DNA of 64,000 nt from a bacterium (GCA_963675755.2 CAXXMD010000003.1:1888001-1952000); one strand, 5' to 3'; counted from the stretch's first letter, positions 21,391 to 31,475 are shown. The notes: a model not told the origin generated them from the sequence alone. Program-made: numbers and translations.

Positions 21391-22308
21391 TTATTCATCT
21401 AACGGTTCAATGTCGGGAGGTAATTGTTCCCATTCAGCGAGTTTTCTTTTGTTTCGGATTCTTATAACAATTCCCGCTATGAAGAATAGTACAATAATAA
21501 GCGTCCAGATATAAGAATCAAAATCATTCAGCCAGGTCCATTTGTATTTCTTTTTTGCATAGGCCAGCCATTCTTTTTCGAAAACAGCGTATGTACTGCC
21601 CGTTGCTTTTTGAAAAGCAAGATCAATAGATTCATGGTTTTGCAGGCTTTTAAGAATGGCCCGGACGGCATCGATATCATATGTTGCCAAAAGATATTGT
21701 ACAGCCGAGTAACTTTGCTGATAAGCCAGCTCTGCTCTTGCCCGATGAAAACTGAGTACCCGGTCAATATCATATAGAGGCAGTACTGAACGCGTTGCAA
21801 AAGCTTTTGACAAAGCAGTGCTGGAGATCCATTTGTAATCATTTGAATAAAAGATGGCCAGGCCTTCATCCATCCACCGGGGAAGGCGTGCAACTCCCAT
21901 TTTTTCATGAATGACCAGATGCAGCAGCTCATGGACCAGGTTGGTGATGAAATTGCTATCTTGTTCCCAGTTGGGAGAGCGGACATACATGCTGTTACTG
22001 GCTGGTGACGCAAAAGCACCGGTCCAGTTTGGAAGCTGACCATCAATGATCTCTTTGAACATTTGACGTGTTGGTATGATATAAATGTGTAATGTGTCTG
22101 TATTTTCTATGCTGAGGTCATGAGATATTTCGTTATAATACCCGATCATCTCATCCAGAGCAATACGTGCATTTGCAGAGTCTGTAAGCGCATAATAAAT
22201 TCTAATTTTTTCTTTTTGCTGGATCAAGAATTCATGTTGAGCGGAAATACCTAACGGGATCAAGATTCCTATTACCAGTAACAGTATTATGCAAAATAGC
22301 CTTTTCAT
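21391..22308 (-). CDS. Peptidase MA-family (gluzincin) metallopeptidase, membrane anchored
   Basis: Signal peptide, HELLH, PRWMDEGLA, AYQQS, C-terminal transmembrane helix followed by basic residues. Confidence 0.8.
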   Translation of the reverse strand: MKRLFCIILLLVIGILIPLGISAQHEFLIQQKEKIRIYYALTDSANARIALDEMIGYYNEISHDLSIENTDTLHIYIIPTRQMFKEIIDGQLPNWTGAFASPASNSMYVRSPNWEQDSNFITNLVHELLHLVIHEKMGVARLPRWMDEGLAIFYSNDYKWISSTALSKAFATRSVLPLYDIDRVLSFHRARAELAYQQSYSAVQYLLATYDIDAVRAILKSLQNHESIDLAFQKATGSTYAVFEKEWLAYAKKKYKWTWLNDFDSYIWTLIIVLFFIAGIVIRIRNKRKLAEWEQLPPDIEPLDE

Positions 22309-22349
22309 AATACAGTATACATATCCTTTGAATGAAAAAACAGGATTAT

Positions 22350-22694
22350 TTATCCCATTTTTGCATATTGGTGGGCAATTTTTACAATGATATCAATTTG
22401 TTTTCTCGTGGTTTCGAGAGCTGCCAACAGATTTTTGTCCCCTGCTACTGAACCGGTTGTTTCAAAATTCTCGTAATTGATCGGTTTGATGTACCGTGTA
22501 ATATCACTACTTGTAAAGGATGGGCCTTTAATGGCTTTACCAAAGTCCATGGCTCTTTCGAGCACAAAACGGTGTACCTGGATGATTTCGTGTGGATTCA
22601 ATGCATCTATCATTGGCCCGACAGGTTCTGCTTTGATGATGCGTTTCAGAATTTCGAGTTTGATCTCTGGTTTTAAGGGATTTTGCTTTGTCAT
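22350..22694 (-). CDS. Hypothetical protein (114 aa), translationally coupled to the pseudo-GTPase gene
   Basis: ATGA start/stop overlap at 22691-22694; no recognised motif. Confidence 0.65.
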   Translation of the reverse strand: MTKQNPLKPEIKLEILKRIIKAEPVGPMIDALNPHEIIQVHRFVLERAMDFGKAIKGPSFTSSDITRYIKPINYENFETTGSVAGDKNLLAALETTRKQIDIIVKIAHQYAKMG

Positions 22695-23188
22695 ACGATT
22701 TCATCCTGATACGCATAAGCACTGATTACATCTGTCAGGGATATCAATAGAGATTTTATACTTTTAGGGTTTCTGCCATTGAAAAATTTAAATTTTTCCT
22801 TGGGAGATAATGAGATAAACGGATTGACTATTTTAGGATTAACCGGTAAGGGATTATTTTTTACATCTGCAGCTAAAATGCAGGGAGCATCAAATTTCCG
22901 GTTGAATAAGCTTAAATTGTGTTTTGCGTTTTCAAAAGATTCTGTATTGTTCCAGTCAAAAACAATAATGGAACCAATCATTTTACGTGCAATAAGATCC
23001 CAGGCGATGGTTGCCTTGTTTCTATTGGAAGTAATGGCATATAAAAACAAAGTCAGTTCAGGATCAATGCCAAGTTTGCCAAAAAGAATCTCCTGATCAG
23101 ACTTCATAACCTGATCACAAACTGCATGCAAGATATTGGGATGAGATGTTCCGCTTGATCCCACAACCAGAATTTCACCGACTTTCAT
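22691..23188 (-). CDS. Degenerate small GTPase-fold protein (conservon CvnD/MglA-like)
   Basis: ILVVGSSGTSHP (decayed P-loop), FGKLGIDPELTLFLY, WDLIARKMIGSIIVFD, PCILAAD follow the CvnD pattern FGRITL...LYLFGTPGQ...WDDL.RGA.G.VVLVD. Confidence 0.65.
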   Translation of the reverse strand: MKVGEILVVGSSGTSHPNILHAVCDQVMKSDQEILFGKLGIDPELTLFLYAITSNRNKATIAWDLIARKMIGSIIVFDWNNTESFENAKHNLSLFNRKFDAPCILAADVKNNPLPVNPKIVNPFISLSPKEKFKFFNGRNPKSIKSLLISLTDVISAYAYQDEIV

Positions 23189-23202
23189 TAGAGGCGCCCC
23201 GT

Positions 23203-24393
23203 CTATTGAGATAGTTTGTTTTTAATGCGTTTCAAGTCTGAAAGAGACAAGTAGACTTTGTAGGGTTTTTTGGTGTTTTTAGAGTATTCCGGTTTTAGAA
23301 AAACTCCCTCTGTATTTTGAGAGGTATTGTCTGCATTCCGCATAAAATAAGAGGTAATGTCGGAAAAGGTTTCTTTTTGTTGATTTACTTCTTTTTGTAA
23401 CTGTTCAAAAACAATTTTTGCAAAAGGATCATCTGCATTTGAATGAGCATGTCTGGCAACCAGTAATCCTTTGGATAACAGTCCCTTAATCAGTTCCAAT
23501 GCATGAATATCGTCGAGCTTGCTTTCTTCAATACCCTGCATAATGGTTTTGGGTTGATGATAATGGTTCAGCATTTGTTTTTCAATGGGCGAAACCGGTC
23601 TGTCTGATGCGGAATCGCTGGTTTTGAGAGATGTGTTCATGGGGGGCAGCTGCCGTGCAATATTGCGCCATTTTTGGATCATTTTGGTTCCATGCGAGAG
23701 GATATGTTTGTTATTGGTGTTGATCATTTTGTTGCGATCAATGCTTTGCAGGGAAACCCAGAATGAACCCTCTAACCAGGTCAACATATGTGAAAGCGCT
23801 TGTTCGGGTTCAAATCCTTCAATGAATGCGTCAATGATTTGACCCTGATTGATAAAAATCTGGCCTTCTTTGAATCCACGGTTTAGATAAATAATGCCTG
23901 ACATTTTACCCAGTTCCATGGCTTTAATGATATCTACAACATTCATTTCTTCAAGGTTGCCCTTGAATCCATGAGATAAAACGGTATTGTTTTTATCCAA
24001 AGATTTGACTTCGTTTAAAAGAATATGGACCCTGGCTACAACTTCTTCGGGATGATAGGGCTTTACTATATAGTCATCAATTCCCATTTGCATGCTTTTA
24101 ATGCGATCGTCTAGTTGAGGTTCTTTAGTTGTTACAATAACAGGAATCTGACTGGTGATAAAGTTACTTTTAATCTGTCTGAAAAACTGTATTCCGCTGA
24201 AATTGGGGAATGCCAGTTCAGTGATAATTACTGCAGGCTGATTGCGCAGACAATAATCACAGGCTTTTTGACTGTCTTCAATATGTACTACCTGTAACCG
24301 GGTTTCCTGCAAATTTTGGATGAGCTGATCCAGTTCAGGCCCGGGTTGATCAATAATTAGAATTGATTTTTTATTGTCAGGTTTTGATAGCAT
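23203..24393 (-). CDS. Atypical response regulator: REC + DUF4388 (PATAN)
   Basis: REC (ILIID...IITELAFP...PVIVTT...DDYIVKP) then FKGNLEEMNVVDIIKAMELGKMSGII...GQIFINQGQII...W.EGSF. Confidence 0.85.
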   Translation of the reverse strand: MLSKPDNKKSILIIDQPGPELDQLIQNLQETRLQVVHIEDSQKACDYCLRNQPAVIITELAFPNFSGIQFFRQIKSNFITSQIPVIVTTKEPQLDDRIKSMQMGIDDYIVKPYHPEEVVARVHILLNEVKSLDKNNTVLSHGFKGNLEEMNVVDIIKAMELGKMSGIIYLNRGFKEGQIFINQGQIIDAFIEGFEPEQALSHMLTWLEGSFWVSLQSIDRNKMINTNNKHILSHGTKMIQKWRNIARQLPPMNTSLKTSDSASDRPVSPIEKQMLNHYHQPKTIMQGIEESKLDDIHALELIKGLLSKGLLVARHAHSNADDPFAKIVFEQLQKEVNQQKETFSDITSYFMRNADNTSQNTEGVFLKPEYSKNTKKPYKVYLSLSDLKRIKNKLSQ

Positions 24394-24398
24394 TATTG

Positions 24399-26156
24399 TT
24401 ATTTATGATAATAATTTTTAAACAGTGAAAAAATGATTTTTTTAGAATTTGACTGGTTAAAGTCTGAACAGAACATGATCTTTTCTGTGCTTTTCAGCAA
24501 TAATTTTGAACGTATGCCATCGATAGTGATGGAATTGGAATCGAGTCCCTTGTTAGAGATAACGATTACAGAGGGCACGGATAATTTTCTTCGCAGCACA
24601 TTAAGCAGATAGTGATAATAATTCCAGTTGGCGCGTTGTATGTCTACCAGTAATACATAGCCCAATGTTTTTGATGCAAAATAATCTAATAGCGGATCAA
24701 ATTCTTTTTCAGTTGAAAATGTGGTGAGATTCAAATAGGCATTGCCCTTGAAAGAAGCAGTACCAAAATAAATATCTGAAACATTGGGAATGTTGACATT
24801 GCTTAGAACCGGTTGGGCAATTGACAGGTTGTCTACAATATGCTTGCTTTGTGTGTGATCTTTGCTGATAATCAGTACATTGCCTTTGGCCTGGCGATAT
24901 AGTGTATGTAGAGATTCTTTGTCACTTTTGTCTTCTGTATGTTGCTCTGCAACAACATCTGTAACATATTCCGGAACTGCAGATACCTCTGCCGGTGATT
25001 CTTTTACAGCTATATCAACAGAGTCTGGTTTTTTTAATGGTTCCATCAAAGGCGACCTATTTGTTGTTATGTCGCTATAATCGGGTTCCGGGACCTTTTC
25101 AGTATAAGAGTCACTTTCTGTCAGCAAATCATCAAGCAAAGGGTTAGAAGTTTTATTGTTTTGAGGCTCAATTTCTTGAATAGATTCTAACGGTTCCATA
25201 CTTGCAGTGTCGTTATTGATATCCAAGAATCCCATATCAAGTAGTTTTTTTATACGTTGTAGGGTTTCAATTTCATCAGATTTGCTGTCGTCAATAATCT
25301 GACCCAGACTTCGTTTTCCATCAAAAAGTTCCAGGAACTGCTGTAATTCGTTTTTCAATTCTTGTTTGGCTGTTATCTTTTGAAAATTTGAGGTTGTAGT
25401 AATAATGGAATCCAAAGAGGGGAGGTCGTTTTGGATTTTTTCGGATTGTTCCATTCTCATCGCTCCTTGCAATAAAATAGCCAGGTTGCTTACTTTAATT
25501 TCATCGATAACGTCGATATCACAAAAATGCATGGAAAAAAGCCCCTTTTTCCATGTCATCATTTTAAAAACGGCTTTTTCACCGTTTAGTAAAAGAGTTC
25601 CAGCATTAATAATATTCCCGTTTTCAAAAAAGATCTGTCCTGTATATCCATTGTACTTGAATAAAGAGAGTATACCGGTCTTTTTTTCCAAACCAAAGAC
25701 TTTGATAAGGTCAAATACTGAAATATCTTCCAGTTTTCCTGTAAATTTCTTTTTAACAATCTGCTCTTCTTCACTTTTTCGTTCAATTCTGGCAATGAGC
25801 ATGTTAACCCGAGCAACAAGTTCCTTGACGTGTATGGGTTTGATGATATAGTCTTTGGCCCCCAGTTGCAAACTTTTTACCCGGTTCCATACATCACTTT
25901 TGGTTGTAAGGAAAATAACCGGGGTTTCTGTGTTTAATGCCGATTTTTGTATCATTTCCAGCAAGCTGTAACCATCAATACCCGGAGCAGACAGTTCGGT
26001 AAGCATGGCATCATAACGTTTCTTGCTCACCATATGCATGGCTTGCGTATCGTTGTATGCCAGGTCAACCTCAAAATATGCTTCAATAAAGTTATTTTTT
26101 AGCACTTCAAGGTTATTCTTGTCTCTATTGACGATTATCAGGCTATGGCGTTTCAT
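24399..26156 (-). CDS. Atypical response regulator: REC + DUF4388 + acidic linker + C-terminal degenerate GTPase-like domain
   Basis: REC (LTELSAPGIDG...PVIFLT...KDYIIKP), FTGKLEDISVFDLI...KTGIL...GQIFFENGNI, C-terminal DIYFGTASF...YLNL...LGYVLLVD...VPSVIVISNK. Start placed at MKRHSL (ORF opens at 26198). Confidence 0.82.
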   Translation of the reverse strand: MKRHSLIIVNRDKNNLEVLKNNFIEAYFEVDLAYNDTQAMHMVSKKRYDAMLTELSAPGIDGYSLLEMIQKSALNTETPVIFLTTKSDVWNRVKSLQLGAKDYIIKPIHVKELVARVNMLIARIERKSEEEQIVKKKFTGKLEDISVFDLIKVFGLEKKTGILSLFKYNGYTGQIFFENGNIINAGTLLLNGEKAVFKMMTWKKGLFSMHFCDIDVIDEIKVSNLAILLQGAMRMEQSEKIQNDLPSLDSIITTTSNFQKITAKQELKNELQQFLELFDGKRSLGQIIDDSKSDEIETLQRIKKLLDMGFLDINNDTASMEPLESIQEIEPQNNKTSNPLLDDLLTESDSYTEKVPEPDYSDITTNRSPLMEPLKKPDSVDIAVKESPAEVSAVPEYVTDVVAEQHTEDKSDKESLHTLYRQAKGNVLIISKDHTQSKHIVDNLSIAQPVLSNVNIPNVSDIYFGTASFKGNAYLNLTTFSTEKEFDPLLDYFASKTLGYVLLVDIQRANWNYYHYLLNVLRRKLSVPSVIVISNKGLDSNSITIDGIRSKLLLKSTEKIMFCSDFNQSNSKKIIFSLFKNYYHK

Positions 26157-26262
26157 ATTCTTTTTAAGCCGGGGTTTTTGTAAAATGTTAAATGTCATAA
26201 ATCAGTTATACTCAATTTAAAATGTATTTAAAATTATTTATCAAGTCAAGATGTTTTATTTC

Positions 26263-26288
26263 AAAAAAAAAGCCGGAACACATCCGGC
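26263..26288 (-). terminator. Rho-independent terminator after the anti-sigma-like gene
   Basis: Minus strand GCCGGATGTGTTCCGGC followed by T9. Confidence 0.7.
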
Positions 26289-26336
26289 AATTTTAGGTTG
26301 TAAATACAATAAATTTGGTGCTTGTAAAATAAAAAC

Positions 26337-26981
26337 TTAGGCCTGAATGCATTCCTGTATTTTATTTACCATTTTGGGGCTGACAGGTTTAATATATTTT
26401 TGCAAGTGTAAAGACTTGTTTTGTATGTCTTTGATTTCTTTGCCGGGTATAATTACTGTTCCGCTTGAAGAAATGCGGTAATCTGAAATAATTCCCGGTA
26501 TTGTCAACCGCCATTTGGTGAAATCTATTTGTGATTTACTCCAGAAAAAGAGCAAAACACACTCTATTGCAGGGTCTGTCAATATCCGAACGGATAAAGG
26601 ATATTGCTGCATGGTTTGCTTGTAATCGTTAAACTGAATTTTATTATCAAAGGATGTCTGCACAAAGATATCCTGCATTTGATAAGTTTTGTGATGTTTG
26701 TCTTTGTTTTTGTGTTCAGGGGTACAAGAAAATAGGCCTTTCAGGCTGGAGTATGGCGAAACTTTGCAGACAAAATCCAGTAACGAGTTTGTAATGGGAT
26801 ATGATGTTTCGTTTAAAATAGAAGAATACATTGCGTCAAGATCACTGATGAATTTTTGACAGTCCGGGCAGGAATAGAGGTGGTGTTCAGGATCGTTGAC
26901 CAGTATCTCTCCCAGTTCGTTGTTGAGGTACAACGTTTCATATTGAAGGGAGTGAGGACAGGTTGTTTTGGACATTTTCAT
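26337..26981 (-). CDS. Putative zinc-finger (ZAS, HxxxCxxC) anti-sigma-like protein
   Basis: N-terminal CP...LYLNNEL...EHHLYSCPDC motif; no obvious transmembrane helix; follows the sigma-like gene. Confidence 0.6.
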   Translation of the reverse strand: MKMSKTTCPHSLQYETLYLNNELGEILVNDPEHHLYSCPDCQKFISDLDAMYSSILNETSYPITNSLLDFVCKVSPYSSLKGLFSCTPEHKNKDKHHKTYQMQDIFVQTSFDNKIQFNDYKQTMQQYPLSVRILTDPAIECVLLFFWSKSQIDFTKWRLTIPGIISDYRISSSGTVIIPGKEIKDIQNKSLHLQKYIKPVSPKMVNKIQECIQA

Positions 26982-27048
26982 GTATGTTATGCTCTTGTTT
27001 GATAAATTTAATCATAACATACAGGCAAACGATTAATTTTACGGAAAT

Positions 27049-28134
27049 TTATAATAAAGCTTTCAAGTGATTTCTGAAATTTTTCTTGGCAACTTTGGCC
27101 AAATATTCAAAAATTGTTCGTTCATTTTTTCTATAATCTGATTGGGTGAGATCAGGTAAATAGTATTTCAGGTTGCGATAATAACTGGAACTGTCTTTTT
27201 TCTGCAATAGATCAAACAAAACATCTCGCAAGGCCATAGAGTAAATTCTGGCTCTGTCATGGCTCAATTTACCAGATCCGATATACAATTTATCGATTTT
27301 GCTGTTAACCTGATCCATTACCACGTTTACATAACTTTCAATTTCCTGTGTTTCCAATTGATCAAGCGGTGTGGGTACCTTGTCTTCAGCGGCAAGTTTT
27401 TCACGAAAGACACTAAATTTGATGTTACGGATCAGTTTAACAATGACATCCATTGCTAAAAAGTTCTGATAATCATCCAGTTCATGTACAGTTTTTAATA
27501 GTTTTTTGATAGCACCGGATATAGAGTCATTTGGACTATAAACATCAACAAAGCGTGCGTGCAGAACATCTTCGGGCATGGGAGAGGATTCCCGTCTCAG
27601 GTATTCTGAAATTACGTCCGGATTTGCGGGACCTTCGTTGCGAATGTCGATACCCTGTTTGTAAAAAACAAATTCTTTGCCCAGATCTCTAAACATATCT
27701 AATTTTTCCGAGCTGCGAATAGCGACCTTGATGTTACGAACAATCTTGGCGCCTTCAGGATCACGTTCACGGAAAATTCGTGACAACTCTTGCTTGGTTT
27801 TGCGTACAACCAACCGGCGGGTTTGGGCCAGAATATCTGCATCAGTCATATTGGTTTCACTCAGAAAGGGCTCATAATATTTCTGTAATTGGGGAAAACA
27901 TCCATTGCCGTCACCACTGAACAACTCGGCAATGCAGTCAAGTGCCACATCATCCAGTTCAGAATAGGATTCACTGCGTTCACCAGCAATACGTTTACCA
28001 ATCACTTCCTGGTATTTCAAATATCCCAGGGATATTTTCTTTGTAAGGTTGATAAATTGCACAAGCTGTGCCTGGCAATAGCTACCGTTACAAATATCTG
28101 AAATCAAGTTAACCAATGTATTTGTATTATTCAT
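27049..28134 (-). CDS. Hypothetical 361-aa protein, possible divergent ECF-type sigma factor
   Basis: All-helical; ELDDVALDCIAELF and RRLVVRKTKQELSRIFR resemble sigma region 2; C-terminal LAKVAKKNFRNHL resembles region 4 end; paired with a ZAS gene. Function is inferred. Confidence 0.5.
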   Translation of the reverse strand: MNNTNTLVNLISDICNGSYCQAQLVQFINLTKKISLGYLKYQEVIGKRIAGERSESYSELDDVALDCIAELFSGDGNGCFPQLQKYYEPFLSETNMTDADILAQTRRLVVRKTKQELSRIFRERDPEGAKIVRNIKVAIRSSEKLDMFRDLGKEFVFYKQGIDIRNEGPANPDVISEYLRRESSPMPEDVLHARFVDVYSPNDSISGAIKKLLKTVHELDDYQNFLAMDVIVKLIRNIKFSVFREKLAAEDKVPTPLDQLETQEIESYVNVVMDQVNSKIDKLYIGSGKLSHDRARIYSMALRDVLFDLLQKKDSSSYYRNLKYYLPDLTQSDYRKNERTIFEYLAKVAKKNFRNHLKALL

Positions 28135-28184
28135 TATTCAAATGCTCTTTTTAGTCATGTTTTACAATGTTTGACCAGTAAAAG

Positions 28185-28200
28185 GCAAATGGTATACCAA
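28185..28200 (-). promoter_or_regulatory. Sigma54 (-24/-12) promoter
   Basis: Minus strand TTGGTATACCATTTGC = GG-N10-GC, about 50 bp upstream of ATG 28134 and just downstream of a sigma54 activator gene. Confidence 0.75.
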
Positions 28201-28282
28201 GAATTGGGAAAAATAATTGATTGTAAGTACTTGTTTTTATTGAGACGGTTTTTGTGGGGATTTGAAGTGTTTTATAAAATGT

Positions 28283-28336
28283 TGTGACACTCTGGTACAA
28301 TGTTTTAAAGTGGAACACCTGTGAGACACGCTCACA
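28283..28336. promoter_or_regulatory. Three tandem TGT-N11-ACA sites (putative enhancer/UAS for the NtrC-family activator)
   Basis: TGTGACACTCTGGTACA 28283-28299, TGTTTTAAAGTGGAACA 28301-28317, TGTGAGACACGCTCACA 28320-28336. The third lies in an 11-bp-arm palindrome (28315-28341) that may double as a terminator. Confidence 0.6.
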
Positions 28337-28345
28337 GGTGTAAAT

Positions 28346-29728
28346 TTATCCGTTTACCATGGCAAGGCCATATTTTTTAGCTTTTCTGTATATAGTTGCG
28401 CGACCAATACCCAGTTTTTTTGCGGTTTTTGAGATATTGCCTTCGCATTCAAGCAATGCCTGACGCAATGCTTCCTCTTCCAGCTTTTCGATCCAACCTG
28501 CCAGTGTATTATCTGATTCCAAAATCTGTTTTTCACCAATGGCGCGTACCGGCTGGGGCAGTTCTTTGGCTGTTATTTGTTTATCTGCTAGTACTACAGC
28601 ACGTGCTATTGCATTTTCAAGTTCGCGCACATTGCCTGACCAACTGTAATTGGTTAGCAATTCTAAAGCATCCTGGTCTACGCCCTCTATTTCGCGGTTT
28701 TCAATTTCATTATATTTCTTAACGAAATGGGTGATTAGCAGGGGTACGTCATCTTTGCGTTCCCGCAAGGGTGGAAGTTTCATTGGAAATACTGACAAGC
28801 GGTAATAGAGATCTTCACGAAAAGTACCCTTTTTTACTTCTTCCTCAAGATCCGCATTGGTAGCTGAAATAACGCGCACATTTACTTTGATCAGTTCGTT
28901 ACCGCCAACACGTTCAAATTCACGCTCCTGTAAAATACGAAGAATTTTAGCCTGAACAGTGGGTGACATGAGGCCAATCTCGTCCAAAAAGATAGTTCCG
29001 CCATGGGCCTGTTCAAATTTACCGATACGTTTGCCGGCTGCTCCGGTAAACGCTCCTTTTTCATGACCGAACAACTCGCTTTCCAGTAACGATTCAGGCA
29101 ATGCCGAACAGTTGACCGCAACAAAAGGTTTGCTGGCACGGGTTTGTGATTGAAAGTGAATGGCACGGGCAATAAGCTCTTTACCAGTACCGCTTTCTCC
29201 CTGGATTAAAACAGTGACTGTACTGTCTGCTATTTTTTCAAGAGATTTGAAAACGTCCTGCATGACTCCGCTTTGCCCAATGATATTGCCAAAAGAATAT
29301 TTGCCCTTTAACTCGGAACGAAGTTCGTCAACTTCTTTGCGAAGCGAGCTGTTCATGAGCGCATTGTTTACGGTAACCAATAACCGGTCACGTGCAAAGG
29401 GTTTGGTTAAAAAGTCATGTGCGCCGGCTTTCATTGAAGCGACTGCGTGTTCAATGGTGCCGTGGGCGGTCATCATGACTACTTGAATGCGTTTATCGAA
29501 TTCTTTGATTTGCTTCAATGTTTCAAGACCGTCCATGCCCGGCATCTGAATGTCCAGCAATACCAGGTCCGGGGTAGCCTCCTGCAGTAGATTCATGCAG
29601 GCTTCACCATTCAGCGCGGTTCGCAAATCATATTTTTTTTCTTTGCGAAGGCTGGCTTCGATCATTTTACATATATTCTTATCATCATCGACTATCATTA
29701 CAAGTGGATTATTTCCAGTATCACTCAC
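28346..29728 (-). CDS. Sigma54-dependent response regulator (NtrC/AtoC family: REC-AAA+-Fis HTH)
   Basis: VDDD...[68 protein letters not shown]; GTG start. Confidence 0.95.
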   Translation of the reverse strand: MSDTGNNPLVMIVDDDKNICKMIEASLRKEKKYDLRTALNGEACMNLLQEATPDLVLLDIQMPGMDGLETLKQIKEFDKRIQVVMMTAHGTIEHAVASMKAGAHDFLTKPFARDRLLVTVNNALMNSSLRKEVDELRSELKGKYSFGNIIGQSGVMQDVFKSLEKIADSTVTVLIQGESGTGKELIARAIHFQSQTRASKPFVAVNCSALPESLLESELFGHEKGAFTGAAGKRIGKFEQAHGGTIFLDEIGLMSPTVQAKILRILQEREFERVGGNELIKVNVRVISATNADLEEEVKKGTFREDLYYRLSVFPMKLPPLRERKDDVPLLITHFVKKYNEIENREIEGVDQDALELLTNYSWSGNVRELENAIARAVVLADKQITAKELPQPVRAIGEKQILESDNTLAGWIEKLEEEALRQALLECEGNISKTAKKLGIGRATIYRKAKKYGLAMVNG

Positions 29729-29786
29729 GATATATTCTCCAAAAGAATTTATATTTTCTTAATATAAGCAAAAATTTTAACATAAT

Positions 29787-30827
29787 TCAAGTGTTTTTGT
29801 ACGATTTTGAGACACTATTGATCAGGGTCACAAAATCATCCATATTCCGGGGAATGATGGATATTTGCAAACAATACCAGTTTTGTGGTTCTGGTAAATC
29901 TTTGGGTAGCTTTACCCAGTCTTTTTCTGTTGTAATAATAATTTTTGCTTTCTGTTTTTTTTGCTGCTCTAACAGGTTTTGTATATCCTGTTGGGTATAA
30001 TTGTAATGATCTTTAAAAGACTTGAACAGTTTAATATTTGCACCCATTCCCCGCAATGTCGTTTTGAAATTTTCAGGATTCCCCAAACCGGAAAATGCAA
30101 TTATATCCATATTGTTGAGTTGATCCGGATTCATTACCGCATCTTGACTGAACAAACCAACGGTTTGATAATGTGCCCTGATTACAGGTTTGTCAGATTG
30201 CCGGGTTTGCTCTGGTAAAACATTCTGTGAACTGCCATTGATCCAGAATATATGGGCACGATTTAAATTTTGTAGAGGCTCGCGCAAGGGGCCGGCGGGT
30301 ATAGCCATTCCATTGCCTATGGGGCTCGCAGCGTTGAACGTAACAATATCCAAATCCCGTTTTAAACGACGATGCTGGAATCCATCATCCAGTATTATAA
30401 TATCGGATTGAAAACGGTCTTTAATGATTTGCGCGCCTCTTACCCGGTCACTGTCCACAACGACAGGTACCTCTGGCAGAGCGGTTGCAATCAGGAGCGG
30501 TTCGTCACCCGACAGGTCTACCGGTACCAATATGGATTCTCCATCAGAGACAATTACTGTCCCCCTGGATTTTCTGCCATATCCGCGGCTGAGTACACTA
30601 ACCCGATTGCCCTGTTTAACCAGCTCACGAGCCAGAGTTATTACCGTTGGTGTTTTACCTGTACCGCCAACAGTAATATTTCCCACGCTGATAATTGTAG
30701 TGGAAACTGAATAGGATTTTAAAATTCCCCGGTCGTAACAAAAATTTCTAATGCGAATTGCTGTCGCATATAATAGAGACAAGGGCCACAAGAGTATTCC
30801 CGGCCATTTACGCTGAAAATAGACCAT
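29787..30827 (-). CDS. lpxK: Tetraacyldisaccharide 4'-kinase
   Basis: SVGNITVGGTGKTP, LSRGYG, GDEP, LDDGFQH, PAGPLRE, F.DH, TTEKD. Confidence 0.95.
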   Translation of the reverse strand: MVYFQRKWPGILLWPLSLLYATAIRIRNFCYDRGILKSYSVSTTIISVGNITVGGTGKTPTVITLARELVKQGNRVSVLSRGYGRKSRGTVIVSDGESILVPVDLSGDEPLLIATALPEVPVVVDSDRVRGAQIIKDRFQSDIIILDDGFQHRRLKRDLDIVTFNAASPIGNGMAIPAGPLREPLQNLNRAHIFWINGSSQNVLPEQTRQSDKPVIRAHYQTVGLFSQDAVMNPDQLNNMDIIAFSGLGNPENFKTTLRGMGANIKLFKSFKDHYNYTQQDIQNLLEQQKKQKAKIIITTEKDWVKLPKDLPEPQNWYCLQISIIPRNMDDFVTLINSVSKSYKNT

Positions 30828-31470
30828 CTGCCTCCGCTTGCAATTGATTCATATGATTTTCCAGTTTTTGTCTCCATGTTTCCATTTCTTCAGGAGATGC
30901 TTTGCGGGGCAGAGTTACCGGTTTGCCATAGGCAATTGTGATGCGGGTAAATGGCCACCAGATTGTAAATTTATCCCATGACTTGAACTCGATAGTTTTT
31001 CTGGCACCAAAGGTTATTGGCAGAATAACGGCGCCGGTACGTTGTGCCAAAAGGGCAGCACCCATTTTAAATTCGTGACGGGGGCCGGTTGGTCCATCCG
31101 GTAAGATGGTGCAATTGTTTCCTTTTTTTAATACTCTTAACATCTCACGGAATGCTTTGCTGCCACCTCGGGTACTTGAGCCGCGAATGGTTTTGTATCC
31201 CAGCCTTTCAATGGTTTTGGCAATAATTTCACCATCGCCATGTTCGCTTACCATTGCATAGATGTTCTGATTTCGGTGCGCAAAGATGGGCATTAGCATG
31301 TGACCATGCCAAACCACGTACATGATGGGTTTTCCGCAACGCTGCGCGTAACGAACATATTTGCGATTATGTATAGTTGATATTCCGGTTTTCCCTAAAA
31401 ACAGAATCAACAACCAGGCTAATTTAATAGCAATATAGGATAGCAGGTTTTTTTTTGCTTCTTTATTCAT
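30808..31470 (-). CDS. DUF374 / lysophospholipid acyltransferase-family protein
   Basis: WHG, SEHGDGE, RGSSTRGG, PDGPTGP, SWD..IWWPF; located between lpxB and lpxK. Confidence 0.88.
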   Translation of the reverse strand: MNKEAKKNLLSYIAIKLAWLLILFLGKTGISTIHNRKYVRYAQRCGKPIMYVVWHGHMLMPIFAHRNQNIYAMVSEHGDGEIIAKTIERLGYKTIRGSSTRGGSKAFREMLRVLKKGNNCTILPDGPTGPRHEFKMGAALLAQRTGAVILPITFGARKTIEFKSWDKFTIWWPFTRITIAYGKPVTLPRKASPEEMETWRQKLENHMNQLQAEADGLFSA

Positions 31471-31475
31471 ATGAT

